A DNA stretch of 64,000 bases from Hydrurus foetidus (Eukaryota): NCBI GenBank assembly GCA_900617105.1, contig UYFQ01000621.1, positions 1-64,000 on the forward strand, given 5' to 3'. Numbering within the stretch: position 1 is the stretch's first letter; each line of letters begins with the position of its first letter. Shown here piece by piece: positions 35,816-50,259 of this stretch. The position numbers were made by a program, and so were the translations under genes. Under the pieces are notes generated by a model, which worked only from the letters and a program-made list of their open reading frames with translations, did no database searches and was not told the DNA's origin.

Positions 35816-38800
35816 ATGGCTCGCATCTACGTTGGTAACCTCCCGATCGACATCAAGGAGAGAGAAATTGATGATCTCTTTTACAAGGTACTTTTTTTTT
35901 GGAAACTGGCGGCACTATTGAACACCTAGAGAGATTATGTTGCATGTTGCGTGCTTTTGAATACAGACGTAGTGCTATCTCTTGGCATCATCAACCTAGG
36001 ACTGCTGATTATTCCGTTAATGGCCAACGAACTTCTTGATTGAAGTCGATTCTGATGTTACTTGGCTAATATTTATTATGCAGTATGGACGGATCAAAGA
36101 TATTGATGTCAAAATGCCTGCCAGACCTCCAGCGTTCGCTTTCGTCGCTTTTATGGATGCTCGAGGTAACGTATTGCGATTTTTTTCTTCAGCCATCACT
36201 GCTAGAAACTCCTCAAGTTGCTTCTCAGTTTCTAAAACTGTTGCACTTCGGTTGTGCCAGAGATTATCTGAATGATCAGCTTAACGTCTCAACGACAACA
36301 GAGATTATGATAAAATTAGATATCCCTTTGAATACTGTAATATGCGGATAAAAAAGGAGCAAAATTGACGATGTTTATTCATGAGATTAACAGACCCATA
36401 GTAGGATTTGTATGAAGGAGACACAGCGAAATCGCTAGCGCTCACTTTCGTGACTTAGAAATAAAGCGCTGACGTTGTCAATGAAATGCTCAGGAAGAAG
36501 AGAAATTTCGCAATGTTGAAAGAAGTTTTCTCAGGAATGTTCTGACAATTTGACGGATTCCCAGTGACTTAAAATCATCACTGCAATCAGAATGAATACA
36601 AGTGCACTAATTGAGTGTCGGTAGAACACACAGCGCAGTGCAGCTCTCATTAGATGTGATTCCGACTCGTTAGGGACCAGATAGATAAAAGAAAATCCTC
36701 ATAGAACTTACAGAAATGAGTAGAATCATCTTTTTCAATGTCTATCTTGCTTTATGTAAGACGTGGTCTGTCCCTCCTGATTTAACGTTGCCACTGTCAT
36801 TCGTTTTCTTCAGATTTTTTTTCAGATTAGGAATGTTTCCTAGGATTATTCCTGAGGAATGTTCTTCCAGCACCGTCAGAATATCCCTACCCCTAAAATT
36901 CTTTTATTTGTCACTACACTTGATTATGGTACATAGCTTTTTATCACATAATTGCAAATGTCAATTCGAGTTATATTCTTTTTTAATTTTACATCTATCC
37001 TTATTTTCATTTTCACTTTCCTTCTCATTTTTATTTTTCTGTATTTCTATATTTTTTACAGATGCGGAGGATGCAGTAAGGGGAAGGGACGGGTATCAGT
37101 TTGACGGTCAACGACTTAGATGCGAGATCGCGAAAGGGGACAGAGGAGGAGGAGGAGGAGGAGGGAGGGACAGATTTGACGGTAAGAAAAAGTCAATTGA
37201 AAATTGAAATAGTCCTCGAATGGAAAGAGAAAAAAGAAAAAGATTTGAATGATGATTAGATAAATGTATAAGTCGTAGTTAGCGTGATAATGACAGCCCA
37301 CAAAAGAAAATCACGAAATTGCACTAGTTGTTATGCTACATTGGACGTTGTATGGTGCGTATTCGTTATCAATAGTGGTGGGTCCTTGTTGCGCCAGCAA
37401 GTCTATCCCCAGCAACTTAATATTATGCAGTAATTATTCTGTCTGAATAGTCTCCGGTAATTTACTGCATAATGCTGCAGAGTTTAACCGACTATTCAGA
37501 TCCGGCATAATTATGCAGTGAGTCGTATATTTAACGTTCTTATGGTGACCCGATTTACCTATTTACCTGTCACGTCGACAATTCTTGTGAATAGAATCTT
37601 ACAGACATATTTTCATTTCCTGTGCTATCAAATTAGTGGCGCACTCCAAAAGCTTGCAGAACAGTTATCATAACAGAAGACCATTTCATGCCTTTTTCTT
37701 CCTTGTTCTTCTTTCATCACTTATTCTTTCTATTCCCTATTTCATTCATTAACATTTTATCACCTACATTCCTGTTTTTATTATTGTTAATTACCTTCTA
37801 ATATAAAGTCATCGTTGAATCCCTTATATCTCCTTTTTGTGCATTGACGATCACCAACCAATTACCTATTCTTTCTACTATCTATTTCCTATGCTTGAGT
37901 GTCAGTGAATTGCCCATTCCCTCTGTATTCTGTTTTTTTTCTATACATAAGAATTGTATAGTATGATATACACACGTACATACACATTCGTGTTATTTTT
38001 GCCTCTATTTATCTGCATCTTTTGATAGTTTCTTTTCTATTATATTGCTCAGACCGTAGAGACGAGAGGCCCAGAGGTCGTACGGGTGGACGCCGCACAG
38101 ACTACGGTGTGGTCGTTTCCAATCTGCCAAAAAGCTGCTCATGGCAGGTTTGTTCATAAATTGTTCTATATTTTATTTTTATATCATGGGTGTTTTTGTT
38201 TTTTATGCTCTTTTATTTTGGTGATACTTTGTGTGGGAACTAATGAAGTCACTCTCAAGACATATACGTTTTTGAACATTCTTTATTTTTTGTCCTGGAT
38301 GATTTCCAACTTTAATGATATTAGTGATAATTTGTGTTATATATATTTTTACCCACTGTTACTCTTTTTATTATCAACTTCCCTTCACTTTCATTTACTC
38401 TCTTCTTAATTTATCTGTGTAATCCCCTATTCACTCACTTCAATAATTCCTTACTTTTTCATTCGTTTAACTACTTATTTATTTATTCGTTTTTTATTGT
38501 GATGCCCAGTTTTTTCTTAACTGTTTATTTACATGTTTATTTTATTTTTATTTTATTGCTATTTTCAGGACCTGAAGGACTACATGAGAAAAGCCGGAGA
38601 TGTGGTGTTCACAGACGTGGACAATAGAACAATGGACGGCATCGTAGAGTTCGCCAATAGGTAAGCACAGTAGCGTGGTATATGATGCTTCACACACACA
38701 AACAGCTGTATTTATTTAATCAAACTCTTTCATCGAATTTTCTTACCTCATTAATTTTAATTACATTCTTTTTGGGCATACTGCTTTCTTATTTACATAA

Positions 38801-41232
38801 ATCGCCTACGCACAGTTCGACAATGTCTACCCCCCTGTAAATTGTTCCATACGCCATTCCCTTTCCTCTGGATAATTTGTTCTTTGGATCGCATTCTATT
38901 TGATTGTTCAGCATTATTTTCGTTGTATAGTATTTTTGTGGAGACTTCAAACCCCCTCTAAATCATTAAATTCAATTAAATTTTATTTTATTTAATTTAA
39001 TTTCAATGCATCTCAAGGGACGTGTTTAATTGCTGATCCACATTTAATCTAGACCCACCCCTATACACGACAATCCGTACACACTAACTGTACGGCACTG
39101 AAAACTGGAAACGTACGGTACAGACAGTGTGCATGAATTGTCGTGTATAGGAGGCGGGTCCAGATTAAAAGTGGATCACCAATTCAATTCCTCCATCACT
39201 CTTACAGCAACTTACGACAGCACTATGTAATAACTATTCTGTCTGAGTAGTCTCCGTATACTACCAAATTTAATCGATTATTCTGTTCCGGTATAATTAT
39301 GCAGTGAGTCAGTATATATATCCCACACAAATAGAACTTCAATAGAGTTGTAAGAAAAGTCAATAAGATGGTATAACAAGGCTAATACAGCTTACTGTAC
39401 AGATAGGAGAGCGAACAACAAGCACTACCAAAGTAGAATAGAATGTCTGGAACATATATTGAAAATAAATTTGGGCACTGTTGAAATCACCATTTCATTT
39501 CATTTCATTTTCACCTTGGATTACTTTGCTTCCTTCTTTTGGTAATACTAGTCGTACACTCTTCTGTTCATGCACGTGGCTGGATTACTTCAATAAAGTC
39601 TTTCATCGAATTTTCTTTCAAGAGTGTATTTATTCTACTCGTTACGTCCGTACTAAATTGTTTTTTTCTCGTTTTATTTTTGTTTTTTTCCTTTTTTCAT
39701 TTTTTGTTTTTTTCCGTCAGGGAAGATATGGAGAACGCAATCCGTAAATTGGATGATACGGAAATGAAAAATCCGTTTGACGCAACATTTATCAGAGTGA
39801 AGAGTTCGAAGGGAGGAAAGGAGTAAGTTACACTATGTTCTATCGTGTTCTATTTCATGTGATATTAACACATAATGCCGCATCAACTCGTAGCGTCATA
39901 TGATGTATACGCAATGTGATAACAGTACATCTTGCTTTTTGATGCGAAATGGTACTTTGATGCGTTGTGTTTAACTACACGATGTTATCATAATCTAAAT
40001 CGTGACGTGTCTGTAAAGAGTGAGATTGTACACTATGTTACTTTACTGTGTAAGTGTTATACGTAACGGTAGATCAATACACCGTGTAATTATTGACACA
40101 TAATCTTATATTCGCGCATTACGTTTTTATCAATTCATACTCCGTATAAAAGTGTTATTTTGATGGTGAACATCATTTGTGAAATTATGAAGTTGTGAAT
40201 AAAGTTGTTTACAAATCCCAATAGTTTTTCTTACTGTCAATTCGCTCGTATTTTTTATTATTTTTTATTTTACCTTATTTTCTTTTTTTTTATTCAGCGA
40301 TAGCAGAGACAGAAAAGACTCGAAAAGAAGAGATTCCAGATCTCGTTCTAGGTCTCGGTCAGATTCCAGATCGAGGTCTCGGTCCGCAGGTAGAGACGAC
40401 AAAGGCAGAGACAGACCAAGGTACGTCTTTTTGTCCATGTTTACTGTTGGCATAGTTATTTTTATCTTTTATGCAGATGTCGATATTTTTTCTTCAAGTA
40501 TTTGTTTTTCCTCTTCTTTTTTTTACGTTCTTAGTACACTTAGTGCATTGTTAGCTTTCTTCTTTTGACTCAATTCAAGAGCACTATGTTGACCATTTTT
40601 GGTATTTTTTTCTTGTTTTTACTTTTCAGTAGGAAGAAGGACAGGTCTCACAGTCGGTCTAGATCAGATTCCAGATCGAGGTACGCGATTCTCTTCACTG
40701 ACTGCATTTTACCTTACATAAGATCATAGCAGTCTTTTTTCTTTTTTCATTTTTTATTTTTTATTACTTGGTTTATCTTGTGATGTATGGATGACGCAAT
40801 GTGCATGAATGATTAAGAAAAACACAGATTGTCTCAACATTTCATTTTGTGTATTTTCTGTCGCGATATAAGAATAAATTTCATTTGATCCTTTGACTAA
40901 CACATTGAACATTCCGCATCATTTTCATTCATTCTGATATTGCACTTCATTCCATATCTTTTCATAATTTACGATATTGAAATTCTGATTTTAGTTTTTA
41001 TTCCAGATCGAGGTCTCGGTCTCCATCGAGTAGCAGCGAAAAAGGAAAAGGAAAAAAAGACAAAAAATCATCGAGAGAAAGAGATAGGGATGATGAAAGT
41101 AGAAGCAAAGATGATGTAGAGAAAGAGGTAGAGAAGAAAAAGAACGGACGAAGTCACGACAGAGATGATGATGATAGGAGTGCGGGAGACAGGGAAGGAA
41201 ATGGCACCACTGAAGACGAAGAGAGAGAATAA
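35816..41232 (+). CDS. SRSF1: SR splicing factor, SRSF1/ASF-SF2 type (RRM + pseudo-RRM + RS domain); exons 35816-35887, 36084-36165, 37062-37181, 38053-38147, 38569-38660, 39721-39822, 40298-40420, 40630-40680, 41007-41232
   Basis: RIYVGNLP (RNP2), PPAFAFVAF (RNP1), [22 protein letters not shown], Gly linker, diagnostic [18 protein letters not shown] repeats; all splice phases are consistent. Confidence 0.95.
39016..39184. mobile_element. Foldback MITE, family 1, copy 2 (SR intron 5)
   Basis: AGGGACGTGTTTAATTGCTGATCCACATTTAATCTAGACCCACCCCTATACACGACAAT ... ATTGTCGTGTATAGGAGGCGGGTCCAGATTAAAAGTGGATCACCAATT. Confidence 0.78.
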
Positions 41233-43260
41233 AAAAGACACAGAAAATCGACGTATGTAAAGTTGATGAAATTAGGTCTGAAATCAATGATGAAAATGTG
41301 AACTTCACAATTTTCTTTACCTTACTCTTATTTTATTTTTTCAACGATCTCATTTTTGCGTTCAATGTTTTGATTTTATTCACAGGGAACAATCGCTAAG
41401 GTGCCTAAAGTTAAATCGGAGAGAAGATGATTGTAAAAAAAATGTCACTTTCTAACACGTCTTCTCATGTCTTGTTGTGTGGTAATATGTTATGTTATTC
41501 AGTATAATAGATCATCAGCGATAAATGTGCTCCTCCTCCCACTTTTTGAATAATTTCTTTCTCTCTATACTTCACTTACTGCTCTTACCACTTCTTTTTT
41601 CATAAACCCCACTTTTCTTCCCTCTCCTCCCCTTTTCTTAATGACACCTCTACTCGTCTCTATTATCTTCGCCCACTATTTCCATCACAATTCCTTCTCG
41701 TTATTGCGATATTTTCCAGACCTTCTTCTTTAATCTCTTCTAGTCATATCTCATTTTCATCATCTTGCGGTGGTTGTTTCATTTTTAAATTTTTCACAAT
41801 TTTCAAATAGCGTACACATCAATTTCCGAACATCACGAATTAAGAAAAATGATTTTAATGGACAGGAATGAAGATGCATGAACGATAACTTAACAAAATC
41901 GATAGTTTTTCGACACCTTTTCGATACATTTAATTAGTTTTGAAGTAGTAATTGTAATGTGATTTTAGATGCTATTTAATTAAATTAGTCGGTCGTTGCA
42001 AGATTTTTTTCTTTTTCACTTCCAGAAGAGATCACGTTGAAAAAAAATAAACGATGAAAATGAAGTTTTTGACGGTGCACCCGTGATACAGTTCCCTTTG
42101 ATTTCGCCTCATACTGTACTTGTAATAAATCCCTGATAGTGGCAAATTTTCCTTGAGGAGAAAAATAAAAGTCAATCGATCGAAGTTCAAGCATGCGAAA
42201 AGAATTCTATTCACTTTTCTTTTTTCTTTTTCTGTCTGCCCTGTCTGCGGGCCAACACGAACTACGGAAGATAAAAATTAGAGTTCAATACGTATTCTGG
42301 ATTGATTCTACGTATTCTGTATACTGTATTCGGTGAAGGTTTTGGGGGCTTTATCTATCGACCCCCAACTCCTCTGTCTTTCTCTGTCTATTTTTACACT
42401 AACGGAAAGCACGTTTTGTATTCCGTATTTTTTTATTTACTCTTCTTCATTGGGGAGATTGAATCACATGGTCTGGTGATGCGATTTTTTTAAATCTATT
42501 TTGACGAATTTAAGTTTCACATAGTCATCACACTCGAACATTACACAACACAAATGATACCATACTATCACGAAATATTCTGTGAACTGTTGTGGCTCAT
42601 CATAAAGATTTACGTGGATGTACGTATTTCCATAATTGGCACAATAAGATGGGGTGGGGAGGAATGACATTTTGTAGCATGGTTCGAAATCGTTTTTTAT
42701 AGGTGCTGTAAAAACGAAAATAAAGTTTTTAAAAAAGTTTTATCATTTTTTATAAAAAAACATTGTAGGTGGATTATAAACGTTTTATAAAAAAAATTAG
42801 AACTAATGTTAATCATTCTAGAGCTATATTTTTATTCTCGAATTGAAAGTAGAAATAGAAATAAAGCATTCCACTATCTATGACTAAATCGTGAAAATAA
42901 CCCTATTTTGCATCAATTTTAAAGATGCGGAAATTTTCTAAAAATAAAATAAAATTGTGAAATAAATCCTCTGTGCTCTTTTGCTAGATTTCATTTCTTG
43001 TAATAGAAAAAATATTTCAATTTCTTTTTAAGTTTTAAAGTTGAGTAGTTGATAATTTAAAACGAATTAGTCGTGCATCGCACTTTATTATGCGTATATC
43101 ATTGAAATACGAAATAATCATGAATTTAATGTAATGTCTTGTTAAAAAAAAATTAGCCAAATACAATTTTTCCAATATTTCGAAAATGAATTTCAGAATC
43201 TAAATCCAACGTATGTAAGAAATTCTGATTGTTAAAGAATGTTCCCTTAGGAACTTCCAG

Positions 43261-46200
43261 TTAAGAACATTCTCTGCCGTGGAAGGTATTGTTTTCTTCG
43301 TGTACGGTGCATATGTATTGATAAATTAAATCATTGTCGATTGTCCTACGATCAAAATAGAGGTCGAGAGAAAGAGACTAAATTCAAAATTCAATGAGAG
43401 AAACTCTGAAGTTCGAAAAATTCTACAAAAAACAAAATAAAAGACAAGAATCAAAGTGAATCGAATTGCTTGAAAACGCTCTCTTTCATTTGAAATTCAA
43501 ATACGTGATATAAGTTAAGTATAGCATGAAATAAAATGCATTTACCATCAAATTCGCTGAATTACCTGAAGAAAAAAAAAGGACTGGGTTTAAAATTGTA
43601 AACGTCTCCGTCTTTTTTTTTCAATAAATCAAAATCGCTATCAGTGAAAAGAAGGGAAGGGATAGAGGAGGGAGAGAAAGGAGGGAGGGAGGAGGGAGGG
43701 GAGAGGAGGAGGGAGGGAGGGAGGGAGGGAGGGAGGAAGGAGGGCTACAGTACAGTACGTACTGTTGTGATGGTCGCACACGCAGATCATCATACAGAGA
43801 AAAGAAGTGCGGAACAAGAAAATTGTCTGTAAAATCCAGATTATCACATGTAAAACATTATATGTTACACACGATAGAAACTATCACATTAAAGGGATAC
43901 CGTATCATGTAGCAGTTAAATGCGGCCAATCTCATCAGAGGTTCAAAGTATGCTGTAAGCAATTCAAATTTGACAAACTTCAAATTTCTGATATTTTCAA
44001 AAGGAAAAAAACAAACTCAATAAAACCAAATAAAAAAGCAGCATGAGATGGAACTAGAAAATTAGATGCTATTACCATTTTTCTTGCGCTTTCGATTCGG
44101 GTTCTTCGCTCTTGCTGATTTTGCATCAAATTTGCTGTTCTCTAATTAGATTCGTTTGTACATAAATTAATAGAGAAATCGAGCTTTTATCAGATGATTT
44201 AATATGTCTTTATATGACAAACAAACAGTCTCTAATTGTTAAAAATGAAAGCAGAAAAAAAAGAAAAAAGAAGTAGTATCGGAATCAAAACAATTAAAAA
44301 GTTATTATAGAAGAAGCACCTGACACTATCATATTATTCAAGAAGCAGGGTCTTTTACTACATACCGCGTTTTCTATGACCTTCCTGATGTAAGGTATTT
44401 TCACACTATCAGGCAACGAGTAACTTGTGATGATTTCCGAGTCCATTGATCGATTAGAAGACCCAGATTTCTAAATAAAAAAATTATGTTTGTTAGGATA
44501 AGAGGAAATTGGCGATGAGGGCGAGAGAAGGAAAACGAGGTCGTGGTGAAGAGAGAAAAAGGGAGGGAGAGATGGATAGTCAATGAGAGAAAGGAAATAA
44601 GGTCAAGAGCGGAAAGAGAGAGATTGAGGAGGAGAGGAAGGGATACAAAGAAAATAAATTCGAGGTGGTGATAACATGGAAGAAGAGTAAAAATTTCAAA
44701 AACTGTCTAATAAATAGGCATTATTTGTATCGCAGTGAGACAGACAGATACACGTATGAACGAGCGTACGTTCGTACCCTCATGTACTCGTTGAACTTGG
44801 AATCCATCGCAGTCCACTTCGCAGCCAACTTTGCATCTTTCCTGAGAAAAAAGCAGAGATAGTGAAGAAAGGTAAAGAATGCAGAGAAGCAATTGATTTT
44901 AATCAAATTATAGAAAAATAAATTATTATTATTATTCTAATCAAATTGTACCGCATGTGTGTATAGAAAAATAAATTTCGTTAGCTGTTGCAGATGTGAA
45001 CAAAATAGGAATTCGAATTCTGCACAATTCCTCCCTCCGTCCCTCTTCCTTTCCATCCCTCCCTCCCCCCTCCTTCCTTCCTCCCTCTCTCTCCCTCCCC
45101 TCCTTCCTTCCTTCCCTCTCTCCCTCCTTCCTTCCCTCATCTCATCCCTCCTCCTTCCCCTCTCCCTGAAATGCACACAAGATCACGCACTCACCTCGAC
45201 ACTGAGCTAGACAGTCTGACAATAAACCCACCCGTCTTGGGGTACGGTTGGTCGGACGGTACGGACGGTTCGTTCAATTCGGTTGGAGACCGTATAAGAT
45301 TTTTTCTTTCAGAAATCGATTTAATGACTGTATGACTTCTTTTTCCAATTGATTTTAACATTGTCTGAAAATCAAAGGGCAAAAAAATAAGGAATAGGAA
45401 AAGAGAAGGTGATGAGGAGAGGAGATGGGAATATAAGAATGGAGTAATGAGGTTTAAGTTAAGATGATGGATTAGAATAGAAATATTTTTTTACTTCAAC
45501 TGTAAATTCATCAAGGAATTCATTGCGTAGACTGATAATTACGAGTCATGAAAAATATTGTAAATGTTCAACACACATATTTTGAAATAAATCGTTGAAC
45601 TTATCCGAAATGTAATGAACGAACAATGATTAAAAATAGAAGAAGTTGATAAATTAAAAATAGAAGAAGTTTTGTATATGAAGGAAGCCAAAATATGAAC
45701 GTACGTACTTACCCTGATAAATTGGTATTCAATTAAGTCCCACAATTTCTTCATAGCTATTTCTCGAGCAGATTTGCAGACGAGGAACGTACGCACTGTG
45801 CGCTGTACGAGCTTAACGCACGAAACATAACGCCGTACATGCATAGCGGAAAACTTGGAAAAAAAGGAGAGGAAAGAAAAGAAATGATATGAAATGAAAA
45901 AAAGGTGAGAGTAACGTTGCTGAAAAGTTCAAAGTCACTATTTTCGACATAAAAGTAATATAAGATGAAATGAAATATGAAAAGAAAGATGAGGACTCGG
46001 AAGAAAACAAGAAAATAAATAAATACCGTGTAATGAATGGAAGGGAAGATTGATATAGAAATAAGTCAATTCTTGCGTACATACACATGCACGTGCGTAC
46101 GTACCCCTTGAGCCGTACATTTGGAGCACGCGGAGAGAAATTCAAAAATACAATTTAATGCCTTTCTCCTGCGCCACACACGAGCCTGAAAGAGAAAAGA

Positions 46201-49200
46201 AGTAGAAAAAAAAATGAAGAAGAAGAAGAAGATGAAGAGGAAGTAACAGAAACAGTAAAATTAGAAAAAGATAAGAGGAGAAGATATAAGAGAAAAAGGA
46301 GTATTGGATGAGAAGAAAAGAGAGGAGTGGAGGGGCGAAGATTCGAGAAGGAAGAAATGAGGAAGAAGAGAGGCAGATAATAGATGAGAGCACAACAGGG
46401 AAGGGGAAAAGAATAGCATTGAATGGAGAAAAGAAAGGTAAAAAAAGGGAAGGAAAGGAAAAGGGAAGGGAAGGGAAGAAGAAAATAGAGTACGGTTTTG
46501 TTATTGAGATATATGCACGGAAAGTGGTTCATTCAAAGTAAAAACAGGAAGATTGATGAACACAATAACGAAGTAAGATTTAAAAAAGTTAATTTTAGGA
46601 TGTTGGCCCATACCAGTAAAACAAAACATCGCATTTTTCCGTATTCGGAAAACTGTATACGATATCCATCATTAATTCGTTTTTTGTGTTCACGATAAAA
46701 TATTTGAATCTGTATCGCTGCTTCTTGCCTAGGAATGTAATAACAGGAATAAGATAAAAGACAATTGTTAACCTGTATTTTCATGCACGAAAAATAAATC
46801 ATGTAAATTGAAGTCGCTGAGTGATTCGGATTAAGAATCAATTTATGAAAATAAACATTGTACAGCAGAAAGGTAGATGGTAAGAGAAATGATATTTCTA
46901 AAAAAATCTTTTTTTCATGACTGATCTCAACAATGTATCAATCTTGTAATAAAAGAATCAAACATATTTTTTATCATGAAGAGAAATTTTTATTTGGAGT
47001 GAAAACAAAATATTTTTTTTCAGAAGTAAATGCAATTAAAAATCACTTAATAACTGTCAAAAGAGAGGACGGTCGTACCTAATTTGTCCGTTTTTATAAT
47101 CATTTATAGAGGAATATAATGACGTTGTGATTCTGCGATGCACCAATATTATGTCAATAATTTTACACCACATTTGTCTTTTACTAGACATTTCTTTCAA
47201 GTGCATTCTTCTCTGTTGTCGATCGTATTTTTCTTTTATACTCAATGCCATAATTGTTGAACGTTTTTTGTTATCTGTGAGACATTTGTATGAATACAGA
47301 ATTAAATTATATTCGTGGAGAATAATCAAAAGAAATTTACTCGGAAATAAAAAAATTCAATTCTATCAGATTTTATAAAGCCATTGTTTTGCATTTAACA
47401 TCTTTATCTAATATTTCATTGAAGTGTTCGCAATGACATATAGGTGCATAGGGGAAAAATAATACAGCTCGTGAAAAATAAAACGCATGGAACTAAAAAT
47501 TTTTCACATCATGTAAACAAGGAATCTACCATCATTACCGATAGCAGAACATGACAGAAAATCACCACAATATATTAGAAGTAATTATACAGCATTAAAT
47601 GAATTCAATACTGCAATCTGAAAAATTCAACGCAGCGGAAATTCAGACTGAAATCTCCGAAAATCGACCAAAAAACAAAAGCTTAACCCTAGTGCAACAT
47701 TATTAATTTATCATACTTACTTAATTCCCTGTTTGAATTAGCCGTTGTTTGTTTTCGAATACGGTTATCAGCCTTCGCCAAAATTAATTTCACAGGTAAA
47801 TGACAACTAATTAAATTTATCGGCGTCCTAATTAAATTAAAAAAAATGCAGATTTTATTTTATTTTTTGTGATAAAATTGAAAGTGGACACAGTTAGTTA
47901 TTTGTCCAATCATAACCGTGTACATTCCATAAAATGCGTACTTTATCGCTGATAGTGAATGCGTGTGTGGGGACTGGTGGTGGAGTGGAATTAGATCCAC
48001 GGTCCCTCTTGGCCGAGTTGAATTAATGGACCTTACGGCCACTCCTGCATACGTTAAAATAATGGTTAGGCCCTAACAGTCATTAGTTATCACTCCTCTG
48101 TTGTTAATTTATTCATTTACTCAATTGCACATTTTTTTAAGTTAACAAGTATTCTCACATATAAGGTATTTTTAAAAATCACTCACTTTCAATAAAGAAT
48201 ACACTAACCTGAAGAATCTAGCATATCGAGATTAGATGCTGATTTCCTCAATTTAGGTGGTGAAGCTGACCGCTCTTTTTCATCTCCTCTGCATCCGGGT
48301 CTACTCGTGGTCCGAAAATCGGATCCGGCCGGTTTACCCCCCTTAATTTTTGAATTTTCACCCCTACTACCAACACTGTCCTTTTCTACTTCTCTTTTTC
48401 TTTCTCTTTCTCTTTCAATTTCAATTTCATTTTCTTTTTCCTCTCATTTCTTTTTTTTTCTTCTTTTTCATTTCCATCCATCGATGATTTTCTGACTGGA
48501 ATCTATGAATCCAATGTCTCTTCATCGGTACTGTACGTATGTTCCTGCAAGTATTCACACGTACGTTCAATTGTACGTTCACCAGTACATACGTGCTGTG
48601 TGTGGGGGATGAGAAGTACGGGTTGTACGTTCGGTTGTTTCGAATTGGGTGTTACTGTCGCACTGATAATTCCATCTCCTCCAGTATCTTTGAAAAGATA
48701 ATTATGCGAACCTAAAATACAAAATACGAAATATTAAATGAATATTTGTATTTTTCATAATATCATGTGTAAAATAATCGAAGTGATTAGACTAGACAAT
48801 GTAAAGAATTCTCCAGATTTTCATTAAGAATCCAAATATCAAAAAAGATAAGAAATTTACATGTTAAACGAATCTGTAAAACAAGCATTATGTCAAATAG
48901 TTAATGTCTAATTTTCACTTACCTATTATACTAGGCGAAGAATCAGAATTTTCTTGGGTCGAACATTCCAATATTCCACAATGTCTCGAAGGAAATGATT
49001 CTCGATTTTTCCATTTTTTCCATAACCAATACCTCTGTCGGTTCTTTTTTCTTTTTCTTCTTTATTTTTCCTTTCTTTTACACTTTCTTTTTCTTCGCTG
49101 TGTATGTTATCATATATGTAGCCATCTATGTCTTCTCTTTCTTCATCTATACCTACACCTATACCAATTCCCTCTCCATCTTTTTCATATGGTAGCAATA

Positions 49201-50176
49201 TTCGCCTACTTCTCAAAACAGATAGTGTCGCTTTTTTTATTGCACTTTCAAAATCCGAATTTGTCATTTCCGTTAATTTATTCGGTGTTCGCATAACGGA
49301 AATATCTGAAAATACGTTAGTAAAAATGTTGTTAAAAATGACATTAAAAATGATGTTAAAAATGATCTTAAAAATTGACGTTTTTCGACAAGTCCAATTA
49401 CATATTAAAATTGTAGTCAGAAATTCAAATAATTATGATGATACGTGCTGAAAGTTTTTCGACTTAAAAATAAGTCAAATCGAAATAGTAAAATACGCAA
49501 TCGATGATAAACACCATTTCATCTGTCACTCACCGTCTCTACTTTCTTCTACCTCTTTTCCCCTAAACCCTCTGCAGTCCGGATATGAAAATCCCTGTCC
49601 CTCTGGGGATGACATGGCAGCTCGGAAATCAACTTCAACTTCAACATCGGAGTCTACCTCTCCCTCGATATCCGGTTGGTTTGTCAATGACGCACTAGAA
49701 ACGCTGCCACGCATTCGTCTGTACGTACAGTACAATTAAGATGCACGTACAGTAAGTACACTAAGAATGCACGTACAGTAAGTACACATACGATGAATAA
49801 CAGAAAATAGCAGTGTGGTAACTACGGAAAGACTTCAGTGTAAGTACGAAAAGAACGAACAACATGAAAGAACGATCAATTATTCTAGGAAAATGAACCT
49901 ATATTTCGATGCCAAATACAACGGAAGGAGCAATGTGGTCAACGGCTTACGGCAATAGAAAAAGATGGTATAAAGATGAATACTGTATAATTTGAGAATT
50001 TTGATACCTTCCGTTCATGGGCAATAAAGGTTTCCGTGAAATTGAGTTTTTACGGATTTCAGTTTTTTCGGTAATTGATAATAGCGAGCCATTCCGAGAT
50101 TTCAAATCTACGGAATTATGATACGAAAAATTGTGCATGAAAATTGAGTACTTTTCAAAGGTACGTTTTAGACTCG

Positions 50177-50259
<83 letters not shown>

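Noticed and set aside
34771..35816. Several 60-160 aa ORFs and a superficially CRISPR-like repeat pattern
   Set aside because: Repeats are inverted MITE arms with TTA TSDs, not direct repeats with unique spacers; no cas genes; eukaryotic context.
49741..49789. Short tandem duplications (also near 20492 and 45631)
   Set aside because: Ordinary slippage duplications of 14-21 bp in non-coding DNA.
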